A DNA stretch of 64,000 bases, taken from assembly GCA_963803145.1 (NCBI GenBank), contig CAWDLW010000013.1:1-64000 (forward strand). Reading direction: 5' to 3'. Positions 30,809 through 43,197 of this stretch are shown in pieces; the first letter of the stretch is position 1; the number at the start of each line of letters is the position of its first letter. The notes beneath the pieces are model-generated. The model did no database searches. It saw only the letters and a program-made list of their open reading frames with translations, and was not told the DNA's origin. Both the position numbers and the translations under genes were made by a program. The stretch comes from Methanotrichaceae archaeon. Its GTDB lineage: Archaea > Halobacteriota > Methanosarcinia > Methanotrichales > Methanotrichaceae.

Positions 30809-31954
30809 TTACTCTAAATAATCCGATATTAAGGTGATCATATTTGCTACCATTTTAGTTACGCTAAAGTTTTGTTTTATGCGAAGCTTATTGGCGCAGC
30901 CGGCGTTCTTACGAAGTTCTAAATCAGAGACGAACTTCAAAATATTCATCGCCAATAGCGTTGGATCATGAGAGGGAGATAAGAACGGATTTCCATCATT
31001 GCCCACAGTCTCCCGAATGCCACTAACATCTGTGCCGACAACTGGGAGTCCAGATGCCATATATTCAAGCACTGCATTAGGACATCCTTCAGCATGAGAG
31101 CATAATATACCTACATCGACTGCATTTAACAATCCTGAGACATCATTTACCTTTCCCATAAATCGGATATGGTGTCCTAGTTCCAATTCCTCTGATAATT
31201 TTATCAATGATTCATGGGTCTCATCAAATCTACCGGCCAGTAATAAAAGTGCAGAAGGTCCATTATTTTCTTTCAATTGGTCTAAAACTATGCGCCAGGC
31301 TCGTAATAGAGTATCATGATCTTTGCTTTTGTTTAAATTGGCAACCATACAGGCGATAAAGCAGATATCACTTACACCCAACATTTTTCGCCACTCTCGG
31401 CGATCATATTTAGGCGGCGTTAACTCTACACCATTTGGAACCAGCTTAATCCGTTTATCAGCAATTTTTAAATTCTGGCGAATGAAGTTTACGCCATGAC
31501 GAGAATTGGAGATAAAGCAAGAAGCATTGTGGATAGCCATACGTCCAATCCATCCTTCTACATGTAATGGCAGCACATCACGCTGGTTCCAAATGCATGC
31601 CTTAGCACCTGTTAATGGCCAGATTGCACAACAGCATAGATTTGGCGTCCTGGTATATGGGAGAATTATATCCGGTTTCGCTTTGCGCAAAGTCCATGCG
31701 AAGTTCAAAAGATGCAATAAATTGGGAATAAGCCAGCTCGATAAAGGGTTTTGCACTATCCTCCATTTCATCCCATATTCTTCGCACAGCTCCTTTGTGC
31801 GTCCCGGTTTACTAAAGCCCCACACTTCAACATTCATTTCATATTCATCATGAAGAGATTTAGCAAGAAGCATTGCCTGTCGTTCTGCTCCTCCCAACTC
31901 AAGGGTGGGAAATACAAAAATTATGCGCTTTCCTGCAAGCAATGGTGCCCTCAT
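30809..31954 (-). CDS. GT4 glycosyltransferase
   Basis: LGGAERQ, VPNGV, EGCPNAVLEYMASGLPVV. Confidence 0.9.
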   Translation of the reverse strand: MRAPLLAGKRIIFVFPTLELGGAERQAMLLAKSLHDEYEMNVEVWGFSKPGRTKELCEEYGMKWRIVQNPLSSWLIPNLLHLLNFAWTLRKAKPDIILPYTRTPNLCCCAIWPLTGAKACIWNQRDVLPLHVEGWIGRMAIHNASCFISNSRHGVNFIRQNLKIADKRIKLVPNGVELTPPKYDRREWRKMLGVSDICFIACMVANLNKSKDHDTLLRAWRIVLDQLKENNGPSALLLLAGRFDETHESLIKLSEELELGHHIRFMGKVNDVSGLLNAVDVGILCSHAEGCPNAVLEYMASGLPVVGTDVSGIRETVGNDGNPFLSPSHDPTLLAMNILKFVSDLELRKNAGCANKLRIKQNFSVTKMVANMITLISDYLE

Positions 31955-31998
31955 AAATTCCCTGAAGTATGCATAAAATTTTATGATATCTATGCGCC

Positions 31999-33879
31999 CT
32001 ACTCAAACTCAATATTAGGATTTTGTTCCAGCCACAATCCCAGAACCAGTAGCAGCCATAAAACATCTGAGTTATCACGATCAGTGGTATGGGTGAAGAT
32101 ATATGATCTTAATACATCCATATCAAACCACTTTCCAAACTTCGAGCCCTGACTCGATAGAACCCTCTCGATCATTTTGCGACCGAGATGGCCTGGAAGA
32201 AACCATATCTTCCGTGGAATGGCAAATCCCTGTTTCTTGCGATGGACGAATTCAAAGGGGAAAATCTTCTCCAGAATTCTCTTAAGGAGATATTTGCTAT
32301 TGAGATTGCCTGTGACATCTTTCCTGAATCGTTGTGCGAGTGGAAGATGGCTTGCGAGTCCAATCATATTCAGATCAATGATAGGGGTTCTGACTTCCAG
32401 GCCATGATACATACTGGCCACGTCCACCTTGGTAAGGATATCACAGGGCAGATAGGTCTTATAATCCAGGTACTGAGCATAGGCCAAGCGGTCGAAATCC
32501 TGAGCACTCTTAGATGCCTCCTGGAAAAGTTCGCATTCCTGGCTCGCAAGATATCGATATTCTGGGAGCCACAGGGCATTACGGGACCGGTCATCCATAT
32601 AAAATATGCATTTCTGCCATTCTCTTAGATCATAGATATATCTTCTTTCTATTGACTCCTTAAGCAGATTCAAACCTGTAGATATTGCAAGCTTAGGCGC
32701 CTTCGGAAATATCTTGCAGACATACCTGAACGATCCTTTTTCCATCCATCGGGCATAGGACTGGTATCCCGCAAATGTCTCGTCTCCGCCATCACCGGAT
32801 AAAACAAAGGGCACATGCCTGCGCGCTAAGCGGGAAACGCACCAGGTAGGAATTGAGGAGCTATCCCCAAAAGGCTCACCATAGTGCCTTACCAATTCAG
32901 GCAGAACCTCAAGTATGTCCTCACGAACTATCTCAGTGTAAAGCTCTAACCCAAGCTTTTTTGCAGCTTCCTTTGCATACTCAAGTTCAGAGAAATCTTT
33001 CTCCTCGAATCCAATAGAAAATGCACTGACCGGATGCTTAAGGATCTCACTCATTTTCATGGCGACCAGAGTAGAATCTATGCCGCCTGATAAGTAGACG
33101 CCAAAAGGAACATCTGCAATCAGGTGAGCTTCGACCGATTCTGATAAAGCAGAATCTACACGATCCAGCCAATCGGAATCCGAGAGTCCATCATCAGGCT
33201 CGAACTGGAAATCCCAGTAGGCTACAGGGTCTCCGATATGGCCATTAAAATCTACGACCAGATAATGAGCAGGCAGAAGCTTGAATATACCTTTATAGAT
33301 GGTATGGGGCGCTGGTATGTACTGAAACCTCAAATAAAGATCTACTGACTGAAGGTCTCCCTTTGGGAGATCGCCCTGAACATCACGAAGAGCGGTAATC
33401 TCAGAGGCAAAGGCAAGATAACCCTTGCCCTGACGGTAATATAATGGCTTGATCCCGAAATGGTCCCGGGCCAATAGCAACCTTTTATTCTGGAAATCCG
33501 CTATGCCGAAGGCAAACATGCCCCTGAATCTTTTAACACACTCAGGCCCCCATTCCTCGTAAGCATGCACTATTACCTCTGTATCGGATCTTGTAGCAAA
33601 GCGGTGGCCTTTCTGCTCAAGAACAGCCCTCAAATCGAGATAGTTATAGATCTCGCCATTATAAGTTATCCAGATCTGGCCATCCTCGTTGCACATCGGC
33701 TGCTTTCCGCCTTCTAAATCGATAATAGATAGCCTTCGGTGTCCTAACGCCACTCCATTTCTGAGGAAAATTCCCTCTCCATCCGGCCCTCGATGAGATA
33801 TAGCCTGGGTCATATGCTCTATCTCAGATCGCTCTGCCGATCTGCCGTCCCATTGAACAATACCCGCAATTCCGCACAT
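31999..33879 (-). CDS. AsnB-family glutamine amidotransferase, glycan-associated
   Basis: MCGIAG, HRGPD, LGHRRLSIID, NGEIYN, LSGGIDS, SGDGGDE, KVD.ASM..GLEVRTP, KKQGF; embedded among glycosyltransferases. Confidence 0.9.
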   Translation of the reverse strand: MCGIAGIVQWDGRSAERSEIEHMTQAISHRGPDGEGIFLRNGVALGHRRLSIIDLEGGKQPMCNEDGQIWITYNGEIYNYLDLRAVLEQKGHRFATRSDTEVIVHAYEEWGPECVKRFRGMFAFGIADFQNKRLLLARDHFGIKPLYYRQGKGYLAFASEITALRDVQGDLPKGDLQSVDLYLRFQYIPAPHTIYKGIFKLLPAHYLVVDFNGHIGDPVAYWDFQFEPDDGLSDSDWLDRVDSALSESVEAHLIADVPFGVYLSGGIDSTLVAMKMSEILKHPVSAFSIGFEEKDFSELEYAKEAAKKLGLELYTEIVREDILEVLPELVRHYGEPFGDSSSIPTWCVSRLARRHVPFVLSGDGGDETFAGYQSYARWMEKGSFRYVCKIFPKAPKLAISTGLNLLKESIERRYIYDLREWQKCIFYMDDRSRNALWLPEYRYLASQECELFQEASKSAQDFDRLAYAQYLDYKTYLPCDILTKVDVASMYHGLEVRTPIIDLNMIGLASHLPLAQRFRKDVTGNLNSKYLLKRILEKIFPFEFVHRKKQGFAIPRKIWFLPGHLGRKMIERVLSSQGSKFGKWFDMDVLRSYIFTHTTDRDNSDVLWLLLVLGLWLEQNPNIEFE

Positions 33880-33890
33880 AAAACCGCTAT

Positions 33891-34682
33891 TTAGAATGGC
33901 TTTTCGCCGACGACATATATAAAAGGCGCGAGCGTTCTTGCGCCATCGAACTTATTCATCTTAACTAGCCCTGAATCAAGAGCTGAGCTGATCTTACGTA
34001 TCACAGGAACAAGGCTGCTACACAACCTGGGCCAGCGTTGATAAATCTCCCAGGCTACAATGTTGAGAGATAATATGCCCAAATAGTAGCCGCGGATATT
34101 CTTAGCCCCAGCCCGGCTATATGCATCAATCAGCCTATCCCTGCTTATTAATTCATGCTTTTTCAACAGCTCCGGCTGCCAGACCCACGATAGAAATCCA
34201 TGGATAGAGAAATACAGATTGGGAACCTCAGTTAGCAAGACGCCACCTGGCTTAACGAATTCCATAAGCTTTGATAACACCCGATCAAGATCAGCAAAGT
34301 GCTCAACAACACCCAGACTAAATACAAGATCATACTGCCCAACATCATCTGGGCCGATGCCGAATATATCTTCACAGAATATATCGCCGTTTATCCCTTC
34401 AAGCTTCAATCTTCGCCGAGCGAGTTCGCAGCCCTTCTCAGAATAGTCTATGCCTGAAACACGCACATTGGCGGCGCGTGATAAGTAAGGGAGCCAGACA
34501 GAATTCCCACAACCTATCTCTAATACCGTCTGTGGACGGCAGCGCTTGATCTCGGTAAAAAGCATATGCTCTAGAGCTAGGGAATCATAATTGCTTGGAT
34601 GCCAATTGCTATATGTAGGTACCTTAAGGTCGTTATAGATATTATCCCAATGACTCTTTTGTGCTAGATCTTCTTGCGACAT
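33891..34682 (-). CDS. Class I SAM-dependent methyltransferase
   Basis: VLEIGCG, GIDYS, YDLVFSLGVVEH, VKPGG. Confidence 0.85.
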   Translation of the reverse strand: MSQEDLAQKSHWDNIYNDLKVPTYSNWHPSNYDSLALEHMLFTEIKRCRPQTVLEIGCGNSVWLPYLSRAANVRVSGIDYSEKGCELARRRLKLEGINGDIFCEDIFGIGPDDVGQYDLVFSLGVVEHFADLDRVLSKLMEFVKPGGVLLTEVPNLYFSIHGFLSWVWQPELLKKHELISRDRLIDAYSRAGAKNIRGYYLGILSLNIVAWEIYQRWPRLCSSLVPVIRKISSALDSGLVKMNKFDGARTLAPFIYVVGEKPF

Positions 34683-35830
34683 CCTGGCTCCGTTCTACAT
34701 TGAATCCTTTTTTTAAAACGCTGAGCCCGATGCTTCAAATGATAGGCAATGCGGTTCGGATATGTAAACCCACGCCTCCGATCCCTCAGCCTTTGTCTGA
34801 CAACTTCGAGATTGTCGTTATCAAATGGATCAGAACGTGCTCTCCTATGATTGACTATGATCCCGGCCATAAGTTCCCAGACCTTATCGGGATTATAGTC
34901 TCTCCTCCAGCGCTTCCAGCCTCTTACGGCCACTTCACGCTGATCTGCGGGATGAGCAAGATAATAATTCGTAAGCTCAATGCACTCTTCTATAGAATCA
35001 AACCCCTCTGCCTCCTTTCCCAACTCATATATCTCACCCAGGTGGGATTTGTTATCGCAGATCTGCATGACTCCATAGGCAGGCAGCTCATATGTCCTGA
35101 AGTTGATTGGACCGCTGGAGTTGTGAAAGTTCCATCCTATCTGTGATTGGCGGTAGGTCTGCCACATCTCATCCCATCCTATAGGACCTTTCGGCCATCC
35201 TCTCCCGGCAAAGAATGCTTCGGGAAAAGCTCTAGCCATTGCATCCATTCTCCCGCCACGATAGCTGGTACGGCCGCCAATAAAGACAATAGGAATCTTG
35301 CGCTGGGATATATCGCCAATAACATCCTCATTTAGATCGATAACTTCATCCACCGTGGTTAGAGAGCCCAGTGGGCAGAAGTAGACGTTCTTCAAGCCCC
35401 AGCTACGATACATATCCAGGCAGGCTATATTATTTATCAGATGAACATCAAAAGCTGGAGCCAGCGGTTTAGTCAGTATCTCTGTGCTCTCAGGATCGTC
35501 GCCAGCGGTATAAACCTTCAACACACCCGAGAGCATCTTCACGAAGTCAGGATGAAGGTTGGCTCCATTATATAGAATCAGAACATCTCTGTCCACCAGC
35601 TTTTCAGCCAACTGCTCGTATATATCCATCAACGCCGGATCCCCAATTACCCATCGGAAATCAAGCTCAGGAAATGGCAGCCATCGTCGATTTAGCGAAG
35701 GAGGAGTATTGCAAAGTCCCTCGATATCATAGCCTTGTTCCTTTCTGCGCTTGAGCAGCCTCTCGTGCCAGGCCACTGTCCATTCATCAGCAGCACTGTA
35801 CACCCAGAGATAGCGAAGCGACTTGGTCAT
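34664..35830 (-). CDS. GT-B glycosyltransferase (CgeB-like)
   Basis: FIGG, GRGW, YRQSQIGWNFH, NFRTYELPAYG..QICD. Confidence 0.7.
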   Translation of the reverse strand: MTKSLRYLWVYSAADEWTVAWHERLLKRRKEQGYDIEGLCNTPPSLNRRWLPFPELDFRWVIGDPALMDIYEQLAEKLVDRDVLILYNGANLHPDFVKMLSGVLKVYTAGDDPESTEILTKPLAPAFDVHLINNIACLDMYRSWGLKNVYFCPLGSLTTVDEVIDLNEDVIGDISQRKIPIVFIGGRTSYRGGRMDAMARAFPEAFFAGRGWPKGPIGWDEMWQTYRQSQIGWNFHNSSGPINFRTYELPAYGVMQICDNKSHLGEIYELGKEAEGFDSIEECIELTNYYLAHPADQREVAVRGWKRWRRDYNPDKVWELMAGIIVNHRRARSDPFDNDNLEVVRQRLRDRRRGFTYPNRIAYHLKHRAQRFKKRIQCRTEPGCRKKI

Positions 35831-36618
35831 AGAGACCTTTTATAAATTCCGACCCAGGAGTCGCGGAGATGGAATATGCGCCCATTCAATAATCCGTTCT
35901 GATACAGCCTCTCTACACCTGAGCAAACTGAATGAATCCAATTGTACTTCTCTGCTAGATCTAGGTTAAAATCATGCCAGAGGATATATGATCCAGGACT
36001 CATATGCCTGAGGATCTTAACAGTATCATTATAGACAAAATCGGCATCATGACAGCCATCGATGAATGCTACATCGATATCGCCAATATCTGGCTCCCAG
36101 GTCGCAGTATTTGCAAATATTTGGGTTATATTATTTAATCCTCTTTCTCGGTAATAAGCGCCAATCTTATCCTTTTCAAAGGCAGCTGTAGTCAATATTC
36201 CCCCTTCTCCAGAGATAATCTCCTCTGGAGGTATATTCACAGTAAAAACGCGAGCCTTTGGGGCATTTATAGCCATTAATGCTGTGCCATGTCCCTCCGC
36301 GGTTCCTATCTCCAGAGCAATCCTGGGATTCGAGTTACACATCACAGTGGCAATGCTCTCAGCATCCCTGATACGCCTCTGGTTGACATCCTCCAGGTAG
36401 CTGAATTCATATAGGGTTGGATCGTCCAGTACTGGCAGATTTTTCCACCCAAAGATATTACATAGATCCGAAATCTGATTCAGCTCTATGACTGATCTTT
36501 GCAAATTTGGGAACGTATTCTGCGAGCAAAGGCTTAGTAACTTGAATTTCAATCTACCTATCATAAAATTTCCCGCCTTGGGATCATGAGGAAATGGCCA
36601 GCTGATCTTTTGATTCAT
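35827..36618 (-). CDS. SAM-dependent methyltransferase (Methyltransf_24-like)
   Basis: ALEIGTAEGHGT, DVAFIDGCH, PGSYILWHD; overlaps the wzt stop, alternative start 36564. Confidence 0.8.
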   Translation of the reverse strand: MNQKISWPFPHDPKAGNFMIGRLKFKLLSLCSQNTFPNLQRSVIELNQISDLCNIFGWKNLPVLDDPTLYEFSYLEDVNQRRIRDAESIATVMCNSNPRIALEIGTAEGHGTALMAINAPKARVFTVNIPPEEIISGEGGILTTAAFEKDKIGAYYRERGLNNITQIFANTATWEPDIGDIDVAFIDGCHDADFVYNDTVKILRHMSPGSYILWHDFNLDLAEKYNWIHSVCSGVERLYQNGLLNGRIFHLRDSWVGIYKRSL

Positions 36619-37897
36619 TCATCGGATAGGTGACCCAGGGAATAACTGGAGCAAGCTTCCCTCTAATAGGTTCTGCAAGATAAGCCCGATTCGCTATACC
36701 CGTACGCTCTACGAGTAACCTTATTCTAATCCCGGAGGGAGGAGTGCAATATCTCACATTGAATATAGTTGCATATATTCTCAATTCATATATAGTGGGC
36801 GCCAGCAGATCCGCCGGTATGATCGCCTTGGAGGTATAATATCCAGGTTCCATAACAGGAATTCCTTCTGCTCCTTCATCGTGGAAACTGCGGAAAAGAA
36901 GAGTATCTTCCGTGTCGCACAGATCGAAAAATACCCTAAGACCAGTAGTTCTCTGAAGCACCTCATAGTGGACAATTAGCTCTAAGGGGCTGCCATTGCC
37001 GATGTTCTGAATTACAGATGTGCCATCTTGTCTAAGTTCTATCCCCCTGAGACGAAAAGCTGGGTCCGAGGGCAGGCCGGATATCATCTTCTCGAAGTTA
37101 TCATAGGTTATCGAGACGCGTGGGTCCTCCAAGTACTTGGCTACCACAGCAGAGGCAGCTCCATCTTCCACCAGCCGCCCCGCGTCCAGCAATATCGCCC
37201 TGTCGCATAGATGCCTTATAGCCTGCATGTTATGGCTTACGAAAAATATAGTTCGCCCCTCTTTTGCGACATCACCCATTTTTCCAAGGCATTTCTTCTG
37301 GAAGGCGGCATCTCCTACTGCCAGAACCTCATCCACCATTAGTATCTCAGGATCCAGGTTTGCTGCCACTGCGAAGGCCAGCCTGACATACATTCCGCTG
37401 GAGTAGCGCTTGACAGGAGTATCAAGAAACTTCTCTATCTCGGCGAACTTGACTATATCATCGAACTTATCATCTATTTCCCGCCTTCTCATGCCCAGTA
37501 TGGAGCCGCTCAGGTAGACATTCTCTCTTCCTGTAAGCTCAGGGTGAAAGCCCGTTCCTACTTCCAATAAGGAGCCTACGCGACCGTGAAGCTCCACATA
37601 TCCTTCAGTAGGATTAGTAATTCTTGAGAGCAGCTTCAAGAGTGTGCTTTTACCGGCGCCGTTCCGGCCTATAATGCCCACCACTTCGCCCTGATCCACA
37701 TCAAATGATACATCTTTGAGAGCCCAGAAATAATTAGAACCTCTAGAACCTTCGTCATTGTTCTGCTGATGCCTTAACCATTGAATGGGCATTACTGCAG
37801 CTCCGGCTAAGGCTTCTCTTAAGGTTTTATACGGCTCTCGAAGGCCGATGCGATAACGCTTTCCCAAGTTTTCTATATGGATTACACTACGCGTCAT
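36584..37897 (-). CDS. wzt: Polysaccharide ABC exporter ATPase with C-terminal Wzt_C-like domain
   Basis: WALKDVSF, GRNGAGKST, GFHPELTGREN, YSSGM, MVDEVLAVGDAAF, VSH; about 180-aa beta-rich tail. Confidence 0.92.
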   Translation of the reverse strand: MTRSVIHIENLGKRYRIGLREPYKTLREALAGAAVMPIQWLRHQQNNDEGSRGSNYFWALKDVSFDVDQGEVVGIIGRNGAGKSTLLKLLSRITNPTEGYVELHGRVGSLLEVGTGFHPELTGRENVYLSGSILGMRRREIDDKFDDIVKFAEIEKFLDTPVKRYSSGMYVRLAFAVAANLDPEILMVDEVLAVGDAAFQKKCLGKMGDVAKEGRTIFFVSHNMQAIRHLCDRAILLDAGRLVEDGAASAVVAKYLEDPRVSITYDNFEKMISGLPSDPAFRLRGIELRQDGTSVIQNIGNGSPLELIVHYEVLQRTTGLRVFFDLCDTEDTLLFRSFHDEGAEGIPVMEPGYYTSKAIIPADLLAPTIYELRIYATIFNVRYCTPPSGIRIRLLVERTGIANRAYLAEPIRGKLAPVIPWVTYPMNESKDQLAISS

Positions 37898-37900
37898 TTC

Positions 37901-38035
37901 CTACTCCACATCGGCGAAGATCCTTCCTATTCGCTTGAAGTAATATGCATCAGAAATCATGAGCACAATTACCATCATAACTGAAACCACTATATTGGCA
38001 CTCGGTGGTGTGATCCCTAATAATGCCCAGCTGAA
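37901..38035 (-). pseudogene. 3' remnant of a second wzm permease gene
   Basis: FSWALLGITPPSANIVVSVMMVIVLMISDAYYFKRIGRIFADVE* aligns without gaps to the C-terminus of intact Wzm (FRWALLGTAPPSYLIAISALIVIILLISGAFYFKRMERTFADVV*); in-frame TAA two codons upstream; ends 3 nt before the wzt ATG. Confidence 0.88.
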
Positions 38036-38090
38036 GATTTATATCACCAAGAGATTCTTCAAGTATTTCAGCTATAAAGATTTGCCAGAC

Positions 38091-39344
38091 CTATATCTTT
38101 ACATATGATGATATCTTTGGCAATTGACTATTCGAGGAGAACGCACCCTTTACATCGATGACCACAGGTCGCTCTTCGGCTATCATGGCCATATTGTCTT
38201 GAATAAATCTCTTGACCTCATCATGTGGAACTGCTATAATAAGACAATCTGCCTTTATGCTTCCAGGATCATCCAGAGGGATCAATCCGAATCGCATCAC
38301 ATCTGCTCTGTCAAGCAATGGATCGAATCCATAGATATCTGTGCCGTATCCTTTAAGCTCGTTCACGATCTCTCCGGCCTGGCTCTCTCTCACGTCAGGC
38401 ACATTCTCTTTGTAGGTCAGGCCCATTATCAGGATCTTAGAGCCCATTATTACCTTTCCCATTTTGTTCAGGCCTTTGATTGCCAATTCAGCAACATATT
38501 TCGGCATATAGTCATTGATAGCCCGACCTGCTAGTATGACTCTCGGATGATACCCAAGCTCCCTTGCCTTATACACCAGGTAATAGGGATCTACAGGGAT
38601 GCAGTGACCGCCAACCAGCCCAGGAGAATATTTATGGAAGTTCCATTTGGTTCCCGCTGCATTTAGTACCGCTTGAGTATCGAGTCCCATTTTATGGAAG
38701 ATCATCGCTAGCTCATTCATAAGAGCGATATTCAGGTCTCTCTGGATATTCTCAATAACCTTGGCGGCCTCAGCAGTCTTTATGTTTTCTGCGATGTATA
38801 CGTTTGTAATCAGGCCGTACAGCCCAGCCAGCTGATCCAATGACTCCTTGTCCATCCCTGAGACGATCTTGGTTATTTTATCGATAGTATGAGATTCGTC
38901 ACCAGGATTAACTCTCTCAGGAGAATAACCGATCTTAAAGTCTATCCCGCATTGCAGTCCAGACCTGTCTTCCAGTATAGGCGCCACGATATCCTCTGTA
39001 ACTCCGGGATATACTGTGGACTCTAGTACTACGATAGCACCTCGCTTCAGGTTCTTGCCCACAATATCTGCAGCAGATTTTACTGGAGACAGATCTGGCT
39101 CCTTGGACTTAGTAACCGGCGTGGGGACGCAGATAATTACGAAATCAGCTTGCTTAATCACAAAAGGATCTGATGCACATGATAAGCTGCCTTTGATGCT
39201 TCTTTTGATTCTGTCGATTTTGTTTGAATCGATATCGAACCCTACTGTCTTGATTTGCCTGGAGAATGCCTTCGCTAGAGGCAGGCCAACATATCCAAGG
39301 CCAACCACGCACACAATTTTATCTTTCAGCTCTTCTGGAACCAT
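38091..39344 (-). CDS. UDP-N-acetylhexosamine 6-dehydrogenase (WbpO/TviB-like)
   Basis: VVGLGYVGLP, CVPTP, ESTVYPG, YSPER.NPGD, ENIQRDLNIA, GLVGGHCIPVDPYY. Confidence 0.9.
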   Translation of the reverse strand: MVPEELKDKIVCVVGLGYVGLPLAKAFSRQIKTVGFDIDSNKIDRIKRSIKGSLSCASDPFVIKQADFVIICVPTPVTKSKEPDLSPVKSAADIVGKNLKRGAIVVLESTVYPGVTEDIVAPILEDRSGLQCGIDFKIGYSPERVNPGDESHTIDKITKIVSGMDKESLDQLAGLYGLITNVYIAENIKTAEAAKVIENIQRDLNIALMNELAMIFHKMGLDTQAVLNAAGTKWNFHKYSPGLVGGHCIPVDPYYLVYKARELGYHPRVILAGRAINDYMPKYVAELAIKGLNKMGKVIMGSKILIMGLTYKENVPDVRESQAGEIVNELKGYGTDIYGFDPLLDRADVMRFGLIPLDDPGSIKADCLIIAVPHDEVKRFIQDNMAMIAEERPVVIDVKGAFSSNSQLPKISSYVKI

Positions 39345-40246
39345 TCTACCGTCTCCTTTAGCCCCGAAATCAGATCGAAATCAGGCTTGTATCCTATGGC
39401 TTCTCCCGCTGAAGATATATCTGCCAGAGAGTCCTTAATATCCCCAGGCCTCGGGCTTTCGTAAATCGGATCCATCTCTGTGCCTATGAGCTCCATCAGG
39501 GCATGCGCCAGATCATTGAGGCTCACTCTTCTGCCGCACGCTATATTGAAGATGCCCTCAGTATTGCTCTCCATAGCCAGGATATTAGCCTTCACTACAT
39601 CCTTTACGTAGGTAAAATCTCTGGTATGCATGCCATCTCCATAGATTATTGGGGGTTTGCCATGCAGGATACGGGTTGTAAATCTTGGTATCACTGCCGC
39701 ATATTCGGAATCCGGGTTCTGTCTAGGCCCAAAGACATTGAAATATCTGAGACAAATTGTGCTTAGGCCATATACATCTGAAAACACACGACAGTAATAT
39801 TCGCCTACTAGCTTGGAGACTGCATAGGGGGACTTAGGATTTGGCTTCATGTCCTCTCTTTTGGGTAAGGTCGGGGTATCGCCATATACAGAAGATGATG
39901 AGGCAAATATTACCTTACTCACACCGCAGTCTCGGGCGGCTACTAATATATTTAGTGTCCCATTGATGTTATTACTATTCGTAGCAATGGGATCATCAAT
40001 AGATCTCTGAACCGATGGAAGAGCAGCCTGATGGAAGACATAACTTACCCCTTGAAATAGATTTTTAAGCAAGTTAAGATCGGTTATGCTTCCCTGAATA
40101 AATTTGACGCCAGGAATTATGTTCTTTATAAATCCGGTAGATAGGTTATCTAACACTATCACTTCATAGTCTTCAGCCAACCTTTCCACCAGGTTCGAAC
40201 CTATAAATCCGGCTCCGCCAGTTACAACTATCTTTTCCGATGCCAT
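39326..40246 (-). CDS. NAD-dependent epimerase (WbpP-like UDP-GlcNAc 4-epimerase)
   Basis: TGGAGFIGS, HQAALPSV.RS, ASSSSVYG, YAVSK, RYFNVFGPRQ, YAAVIP. Confidence 0.88.
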   Translation of the reverse strand: MASEKIVVTGGAGFIGSNLVERLAEDYEVIVLDNLSTGFIKNIIPGVKFIQGSITDLNLLKNLFQGVSYVFHQAALPSVQRSIDDPIATNSNNINGTLNILVAARDCGVSKVIFASSSSVYGDTPTLPKREDMKPNPKSPYAVSKLVGEYYCRVFSDVYGLSTICLRYFNVFGPRQNPDSEYAAVIPRFTTRILHGKPPIIYGDGMHTRDFTYVKDVVKANILAMESNTEGIFNIACGRRVSLNDLAHALMELIGTEMDPIYESPRPGDIKDSLADISSAGEAIGYKPDFDLISGLKETVEWFQKS

Positions 40247-40299
40247 GGGAATCACTTATAACGTTTGCCCAAGTCTTCAACTGCCACTTCATCCATTAT

Positions 40300-41157
40300 C
40301 TATACCACATCCGCGAAGGTCCGCTCCATGCGTTTAAAGTAGAATGCTCCTGAGATCAAAAGTATTATCACTATTAAAGCAGAGATTGCTATTAAGTAGC
40401 TGGGTGGAGCCGTTCCGAGAAGTGCCCATCTGAATCCCTCGATAACACCTGCCATTGGATTCAGGCCGAAAAGCATTCTATAGGGTTCCGGCAATAGAGA
40501 TGTTGGATAGACTACTGGTGATGCAAATAGCCACAGCTGGATAAGAAATGGAACTGTATATTGGAAATCACGGTATTGCACATTAAGCGCCGACAGCCAT
40601 AATCCAACACCCAAAGAAGTTGTGAGAGCCAGCAAAATAAATACAGGCAGCAGTAAAACATTAATTGTCGGGGTAAACCCATAATACAGCATCATTCCCA
40701 GTAGAATTACAAAAGCTATTGCAAAGTCCACTAAAGGTGATAAAATCCCTGAGACGGGCATTATCAGACGCGGGAAATATACCTTTGTCATGATGTTAGA
40801 ATTGGTGATCATGCTATTGGTCGAGCGTGTTATACCCTCTGAGAAGAGTGTCCAGGGAAGCAATGCCGCATAGCTAAATAGCGGATACGGCAAGCCTTCC
40901 GACGGAATCTTGGCAAGCCTTCCGAAGGCCAGGGTAAAAACAATCATCATGAAAAGCGGCTGTATAACAGCCCATGCTGCCCCTAAGGCTGTCTGCTTAT
41001 AGCGTACCTTGATGTCCCTAGAGATAAAGGAATATAATAGCTCCCTATAATCCCAGATCTCTCGAAGATTCACGGGTACCCAGCCACTCATAGGGCGTAT
41101 TATTATTACAGGAGGTTTATCCGAAACAGAGCCCTTTTTCGTTAAATGAGAATTCAA
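40300..41157 (-). CDS. wzm: Polysaccharide ABC exporter permease
   Basis: RDIKVRYKQTALG..W, KVYFPR, YRDF, SPVVYP, LNPMAGVIE; probable TTG start at 41157 after GGTGA (ORF open to 41205). Confidence 0.92.
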   Translation of the reverse strand: MNSHLTKKGSVSDKPPVIIIRPMSGWVPVNLREIWDYRELLYSFISRDIKVRYKQTALGAAWAVIQPLFMMIVFTLAFGRLAKIPSEGLPYPLFSYAALLPWTLFSEGITRSTNSMITNSNIMTKVYFPRLIMPVSGILSPLVDFAIAFVILLGMMLYYGFTPTINVLLLPVFILLALTTSLGVGLWLSALNVQYRDFQYTVPFLIQLWLFASPVVYPTSLLPEPYRMLFGLNPMAGVIEGFRWALLGTAPPSYLIAISALIVIILLISGAFYFKRMERTFADVV

Positions 41158-41164
41158 AACTGCT

Positions 41165-43196
<2,032 letters not shown>

Positions 43197-43197
<1 letters not shown>

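Noticed and set aside
31999-33879. Housekeeping asparagine synthetase or lasso-peptide cyclase
   Set aside because: Lies among GTs and uronic-acid genes with no precursor peptide or leader peptidase; glycan amidation fits better
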